Below, one piece after another: positions 63,766 to 64,000 of a stretch of DNA of 64,000 nucleotides (its first letter is position 1; each line of letters begins with the position of its first letter). The notes under the pieces were generated by a model. That model was not told where the DNA came from and made no database searches. It saw only the letters and a list, made by a program, of their open reading frames with translations. This DNA comes from Candidatus Woesearchaeota archaeon. Its GTDB lineage: Archaea; Nanobdellota; Nanobdellia; Woesearchaeales; 0-14-0-80-44-23. The translations under genes were made by a program, and so were the position numbers. The stretch covers positions 751,219-815,218 of the forward strand of contig JAVZCZ010000001.1 in the NCBI GenBank assembly GCA_038874135.1, in the 5' to 3' direction.

Positions 63766-64000
63766 TTACAAAATTTCAGAGCAGAGCCATCTGTAATATT
63801 CTTTATTTGCCTCAGCTTCCATTTTGAGAATGCAGGGAACATCGTATGGGTGAACCTTTTCAATTTCTCTTTTGACACTATTAAAATTGCTGGCTCTTGT
63901 TTTTAATATCAGTGCATATTCCCTTGCGCGCTCAACTCTTCCATTCCACTTATAGATACTGTCTATTCTGAACATATTTGCGCAGGCGACCAGCTTCTTA
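63766..64000 (-). CDS. cutA: Divalent-cation tolerance protein CutA, 3'-portion (its start lies beyond the window end)
   Basis: KKLVACANMFRIDSIYKWNGRVERAREYALILKT...EKVHPYDVPCIL...YYRWLCSE matches CutA1 conserved blocks (KKLAAC.N, SIY.WKG, HPYEVPE, YL.W). The reading frame stays open to base 64000. Confidence 0.6.
   Translation of the reverse strand, partial: KKLVACANMFRIDSIYKWNGRVERAREYALILKTRASNFNSVKREIEKVHPYDVPCILKMEAEANKEYYRWLCSEIL

Noticed and set aside
63666-63878. 70-aa minus-strand ORF overlapping the infB start and cutA end
   Set aside because: It overlaps two well-supported genes in a different frame and has no motif. It is likely spurious.

Overview
This is an AT-rich, archaeal-looking window. 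The archaeal markers are ribosomal protein L10e, aIF5B, KsgA/Dim1, an AMP-phosphorylase-type DeoA, a NOG1-like GTPase, type IA topoisomerase, an intron-containing tRNA, and TATA-like promoters about 27 nt upstream of tRNAs. From the small-genome housekeeping set plus heavily N-glycosylated surface proteins, I guess a DPANN-like archaeon; that is inference only. The window splits into two parts. (A) Positions 1-38.2 kb are an accessory cell-surface island. Its core is a roughly 26-kb co-directional string of genes joined by ATGA-type overlaps. In order, these encode a bitopic glycoprotein with a TPR-like cytoplasmic tail, two 'receptor-ATPases' (N-terminal extracellular beta-sandwich domains, one TM helix, cytoplasmic HerA/FtsK-superfamily DUF87-type P-loop ATPase), a tandem pair of ribbon-helix-helix (RHH) regulators embedded between them, a lysine-rich H1-like protein, a long coiled-coil protein and two giant secreted Ig-repeat glycoproteins of 2346 and 2612 aa. 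After these come paralogous secreted proteins, and a convergent minus-strand operon (RHH -> 844-aa bitopic receptor -> 552-aa membrane protein). Two different protein modules occur twice at 100% nucleotide identity. The whole cytoplasmic ATPase module (1156 bp) sits in both receptor-ATPase genes, and a 656-bp beta-propeller-blade module sits in the 2612-aa protein and in a 752-aa paralog. Both duplicated modules have a striking, sharply bounded coding-strand G+T composition (NNT/NNG codons, Arg-over-Lys amino-acid usage). This contrasts with the A-ending, Lys/Asn/Ile-rich local norm. A short cytoplasmic adaptor domain (HVNFERND..W.R motif) is shared by ATPase-1, a free 164-aa protein and the 844-aa receptor. 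I interpret this as a candidate undescribed cell-surface contact/translocation system built from swappable extracellular receptor domains on a constant HerA/FtsK-like motor, under RHH control. (B) Positions 38.2-64 kb are ordinary housekeeping: S2P-like metalloprotease, NOG1 GTPase, HNH nuclease, topA, rpl10e, a secreted Lon-like S16 peptidase, PLD-family protein, AMP phosphorylase, AI-2E permease, tRNA-Val/Leu/Thr(intron)/Gly, CBS protein, NTase, PHP esterase, TraB, PRC barrel, KsgA, aIF5B and a partial CutA. I found no CRISPR array, transposase, integrase or rRNA. Coordinates I derived by hand (RNAs, repeats, sub-domains) may be off by 1-2 nt; CDS coordinates follow the supplied ORF track.
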